A stretch of DNA of 64,000 nt. It comes from Oopsacas minuta. Taxonomy: Eukaryota; Animalia; Porifera. Position 1 is the first letter of the stretch. Each line of letters opens with the position of its first letter. The notes under the pieces are model-generated. The model was not told where the DNA came from. It was given only the letters and a program-made list of their open reading frames with translations, and searched no databases. Where the stretch lies: the NCBI GenBank assembly GCA_024704765.1, contig JAKMXF010000266.1, positions 510,914 to 574,913 of the forward strand, given 5' to 3'. Shown here piece by piece: positions 60,292 through 64,000 of the stretch. Both the position numbers and the translations under genes were made by a program.

Positions 60292-63200
60292 GATTGCCTG
60301 CATTTACCGAGTGATTTGGAAATAAAAATTTTATCCGCCCGTTTCAAAATAGGAGGCCTCCCTAAACGAAGTTTAGTCACTAATGAACTACCTTTTCATA
60401 TAAACTAGACCATCGTTTCACCGAAGAGATTGAAACGACACAACATTATCCTCATAGCAATAACACCAATAAACTAATAAGGTATGCAAACATGATTAAT
60501 CATTGACACGTCTACTGTTATCAGGTGTTTTAATCCCGTAAATGGGTCACTTTATGTAGATAAAAATAAATGGATTAAAAAACAATAGATTCTTCGCTAT
60601 GTAAGAATACACCATTGTATACATATTTTCAGCTTTCTAACATATATGATCTTTCATATCAGACATGCTAGAAAGCACTAATTAGCACATAAACGCGCGT
60701 GATGTTTGGGATATAAAGCCTATCAGAATTTACAAATTATATAAATCATGATATTCTAACTTTGATATTTCCTGTATTTCACTTTTGACATTTTTATGTA
60801 TTTCATTGATATTCGCTATGGATGAGAAACTTGTTTCAGCTCCACATTAGGCCAGGTAAAGTATTCTTGTTTCTCATCCCCGACTCATCCTCGACCACCC
60901 CAAATTTGTCCCCCGTCCGGAAAGATTTTATTTGTATTTTTCCAAATTTATGGGTAATTCTTTGGTCACAGAGTGTGCAATCCACATTTTACTAGTAGTA
61001 CAGTTGAAAATACAATATTTTTAATGCCCAGAGATGATAGAAAGGTGAAAATATTTTATATTTTAACTGGCCTATAAAAATAACAAACCGCTGTGCCAGA
61101 TTCCGAAGCAATTCCGGATGAGAAACAAGTCATTAATTTTGTATGGCCTTAGATTCACCTAAACATGCATGTGGCCGGGCGGTTCATTTTCATTATCTCA
61201 TTATTTGGTGAGGTATTTCAGCTGGACAATCTTTGAAATTGATACTTATGCGCGTAACGCTGGGTAAAAACCAGAGTGGACCATGAGTCAGTGGGCCAGG
61301 TGAAGCATAGAACACGGCCTCGTTACTAATAAGAGTATCCATAGGGCTCTTAATAGATAAATTTGCAATCTAAGTATCAACTTTTTTAATCAATATGTAA
61401 GCTGCTAGAACTTCAGTAAATATAATTCATTACAACTGAATTTACGAGCAAACAATGTATACTTCTAAGAAAATTTCTAAAATCTACCACAAACACAAAG
61501 ATGTCTCAGATGATACCACACGTGTGGCAGCTTGGTTTCTTGGACCAAAAGGCGAGAATGAAGACATTCTCGTAAACTGTATCAAGGATAGCATAGTACA
61601 TCATGCGAAATTTCGTGCAACACACTACAATAAAGATGATCCTGAATACATTACTTCTGACATAAAGAAAGACCCAAAATATAAAGAAGCAGTAAAAGTT
61701 TTCGAAAAACATTTGCAGGATCTTCGTGAAAGGTTGACATTTAGTGTACCATTTTTCACTCCAAGGTACCTAGCACATATGAATTGGGATGTCGCAATAC
61801 CAGCAGTTGCAGGCTATGTCACTGCGATGCTATATAACCAGAACAATGTAGCCACTGAAGCTTCTACTATTACTAGTGAAATAGAATTGGAAGTTGGAAA
61901 GGATCTATGCGAATTAATGGGGTTCAAAACGGCTGATGGGAAGGCAGATCCTTGGGGTCACATCACCTCAGGTGGAACGGTTGCCAATATAGAATCCTTA
62001 TGGGTAGCTAGGAACATGAAATACATGCCATTAGCAATAAAAACGTTACTAATTACTGATGAGAAGTACAAAGCAGCTAGAGAGTTGAAAATTGCTGTAT
62101 GGCCTAAAAATGTTGAAAAAGAGTTTACTTCACTATACCTCGATGAACTACTCAGATTGAATCCTGATCTAGTAATGAAGTTCATTGGCCAGATTGCAGA
62201 AGCATGCTTTGGTGATTCAGAGCAAGAATCTAGAGATAAAGTAATCAAAGATTTGACACCACTGACACTGCAATACTTGGGGTATATTGAGTTTGCACAG
62301 AAACACGGAATCATTATGAGGAGTCCAAAGGTAATAGTGCCTGCTAGTAGGCATTATTCATGGCCCAAAGGTGCAACACTTCTAGGTCTGGGTGAAAATT
62401 CTGTGCTAGGTGTTAAAGTGAATGAATATTGCCGAATGGATATGAACGATCTGAAAGAAAAGATCTCTTATTGCAAAAAGAACAATTACACCATTCTAAT
62501 GGTTGTAGCTGTAATGGGTAGTACAGCAGAGGGATCATGTGACAACCTGTTTGGTATCCTAGGACTGCGTGATTTCGCTCACTGGGAGGAAATGAACTAT
62601 TTCATCCATGTTGATGCTGCATGGGGAGGTTATGTTAGGACAATGTTGCCCGATTTAAAGGCTCCAATTACCCTCAATACTAAGGCACTCGATGATCAGT
62701 ATGTACCCACATTAAATATTTCCCTTCATGTTCAGATTCAGTTTCGAGTAATGGGATTTGCAGACTCTGTAACTGTTGACCCACACAAAGCTGGGTATAT
62801 TCCATATGCTGCAGGAGCTATTTGCTATCGGAATGGAGATTTCAGGTATATCATTAATATGGGTGCTCCATACATAAAGAGTGAAGATGACTTAAACATG
62901 GGAACTTACGGCATTGAAGGTTCCAAACCTGGAGCAGCTCCTGTAGCAGTTTGGCTAACACATAGGACTATCCCTCTTAACAATCACGGATATGGTTTGA
63001 TACTTGGACAGTGCATGTTTTCCGTCAAACGTTTCTATTGTCAATGGATGATGCTTGCTCAAAAGAATGACCCATTCGTTATCAGTATGATTCATCCATT
63101 GCCCAAAATAATTATCGGGCCTTTCTTAGGGAAGAGTGAAGAATACATCAAAGATTATATCAAAAACAATATAATCGGAAAGACAAATGAAGAAATATCA

Positions 63201-63867
63201 AACAATCCTACTTCAATGAATCTGCTAACTGAAATAGGTCCAGATATTCTCATCAACGGATTTGTCTTCAACTACCGAAAAAAAGATGGCACACTCAACA
63301 CGGATGTGAACAAAGTTAATGAACTCAATGGTAAGCTAATTGATCAATACAGTATGACGTCAAAACCAGAAGAAATAAAAGACATCGATATTCTAATAAT
63401 GGGAAATCAGTATTCAAGCACTACGTACGAAGAAACCCTGAAAAGAGTTTCAAAGGAACTCTGCTATGAAGTTCCTAAAGAAGAGTACAGCTTGCAGATG
63501 ATAAATAGCACCATTCTAAATCCATGGCCAACAGCTTACGAGTTCCTTACAGAAGCAACAGAGGTTTTCAAAGATGGTTTGATTCGAATTATCAACGAGA
63601 TGAATGCTGCTGAGCCTTAACTAACCTCTTCGCAGTATAACCTATTACTATTACTCGATAGACAACCTGTTAGAGTGTTAATTAGTCTACTAGAATTAGT
63701 TATTAGCTCCCCAATCGAATGAAATTATACTAGGAGTAAGAATTGTAGGAAATAATATATTTTCGCTATCTAAGTCTATAGTTATTGTAGTTTATTCTAT
63801 GCCTTACTATATGCATTATTAGTTGTCATAATTATATATAACTACAAATTTTGATTTAATGGGAGTA
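60292..63867. repeat. Tandem segmental duplication, copy B (lacks the RAG1-like element)
   Basis: Starts gattgcctgcatttaccgag as at 53228, reads through ataggAGGCCtccc uninterrupted, and ends gggagta as at 60173. Confidence 0.95.
61455..63620 (+). CDS. Group II PLP-dependent decarboxylase, TDC-like, intronless, copy B
   Basis: 721 aa, same motifs as copy A; about 19 amino-acid differences counted by eye. Confidence 0.9.
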   Translation: MYTSKKISKIYHKHKDVSDDTTRVAAWFLGPKGENEDILVNCIKDSIVHHAKFRATHYNKDDPEYITSDIKKDPKYKEAVKVFEKHLQDLRERLTFSVPFFTPRYLAHMNWDVAIPAVAGYVTAMLYNQNNVATEASTITSEIELEVGKDLCELMGFKTADGKADPWGHITSGGTVANIESLWVARNMKYMPLAIKTLLITDEKYKAARELKIAVWPKNVEKEFTSLYLDELLRLNPDLVMKFIGQIAEACFGDSEQESRDKVIKDLTPLTLQYLGYIEFAQKHGIIMRSPKVIVPASRHYSWPKGATLLGLGENSVLGVKVNEYCRMDMNDLKEKISYCKKNNYTILMVVAVMGSTAEGSCDNLFGILGLRDFAHWEEMNYFIHVDAAWGGYVRTMLPDLKAPITLNTKALDDQYVPTLNISLHVQIQFRVMGFADSVTVDPHKAGYIPYAAGAICYRNGDFRYIINMGAPYIKSEDDLNMGTYGIEGSKPGAAPVAVWLTHRTIPLNNHGYGLILGQCMFSVKRFYCQWMMLAQKNDPFVISMIHPLPKIIIGPFLGKSEEYIKDYIKNNIIGKTNEEISNNPTSMNLLTEIGPDILINGFVFNYRKKDGTLNTDVNKVNELNGKLIDQYSMTSKPEEIKDIDILIMGNQYSSTTYEETLKRVSKELCYEVPKEEYSLQMINSTILNPWPTAYEFLTEATEVFKDGLIRIINEMNAAEP

Positions 63868-63901
63868 TCAGCAGATCCAGGAATTCGTAAAGCGGTTGTA
63901 T

Positions 63902-64000
<99 letters not shown>
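63902..64000. repeat. (TAG)n microsatellite, at least 33 units, running off the window end
   Basis: Uninterrupted tagtagtag... to position 64000. Confidence 0.98.

Noticed and set aside
1-64000. Prokaryotic features (CRISPR arrays, operons, rRNA/tRNA)
   Set aside because: No regularly spaced repeat-spacer array or recognisable structural RNA was seen; gene content and GT-AG introns are eukaryotic.

Overview
AT-rich, gene-dense eukaryotic (animal-type) genomic DNA with GT-AG introns. The compact layout, intronless housekeeping genes and stand-alone NHL and MATH genes suggest a non-bilaterian such as a glass sponge; this is inference only. From left to right: a minus-strand LRR-ROC-COR (ROCO/LRRK-like) gene that runs off the left edge and carries three antisense genes in its introns (MRPL43, POLD2, an NHL-repeat gene); exons of a degenerate small GTPase; a small complex I subunit-like gene; a divergent mitochondrial SSB-like gene; a Rab9 pseudogene/gene pair flanking a frameshifted, bacterial-like secreted protein; GINS4; UBE2Q; a GRAM/WBP2-like ORF; GRXCR; GOLGA2/GM130 with an inverted pair of FERM-like genes in one intron; KIF9; an RWD-RING gene; ACOX1; a MATH fragment; and a DD37E Tc1 relic. 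The top finding is a 3.37-kb decayed RAG1-like/Transib transposon. It has CACAGTG/CACAGTA ends, a target duplication, RAG1-type catalytic and Zn motifs, NBD*-like and CTT*-like segments, and no RAG2. Its empty site survives in a tandem duplication carrying two intronless bacterial-type tyrosine-decarboxylase-like genes. Exon structures were read by eye using splice-phase consistency. All family calls come from remembered motifs, not database searches.
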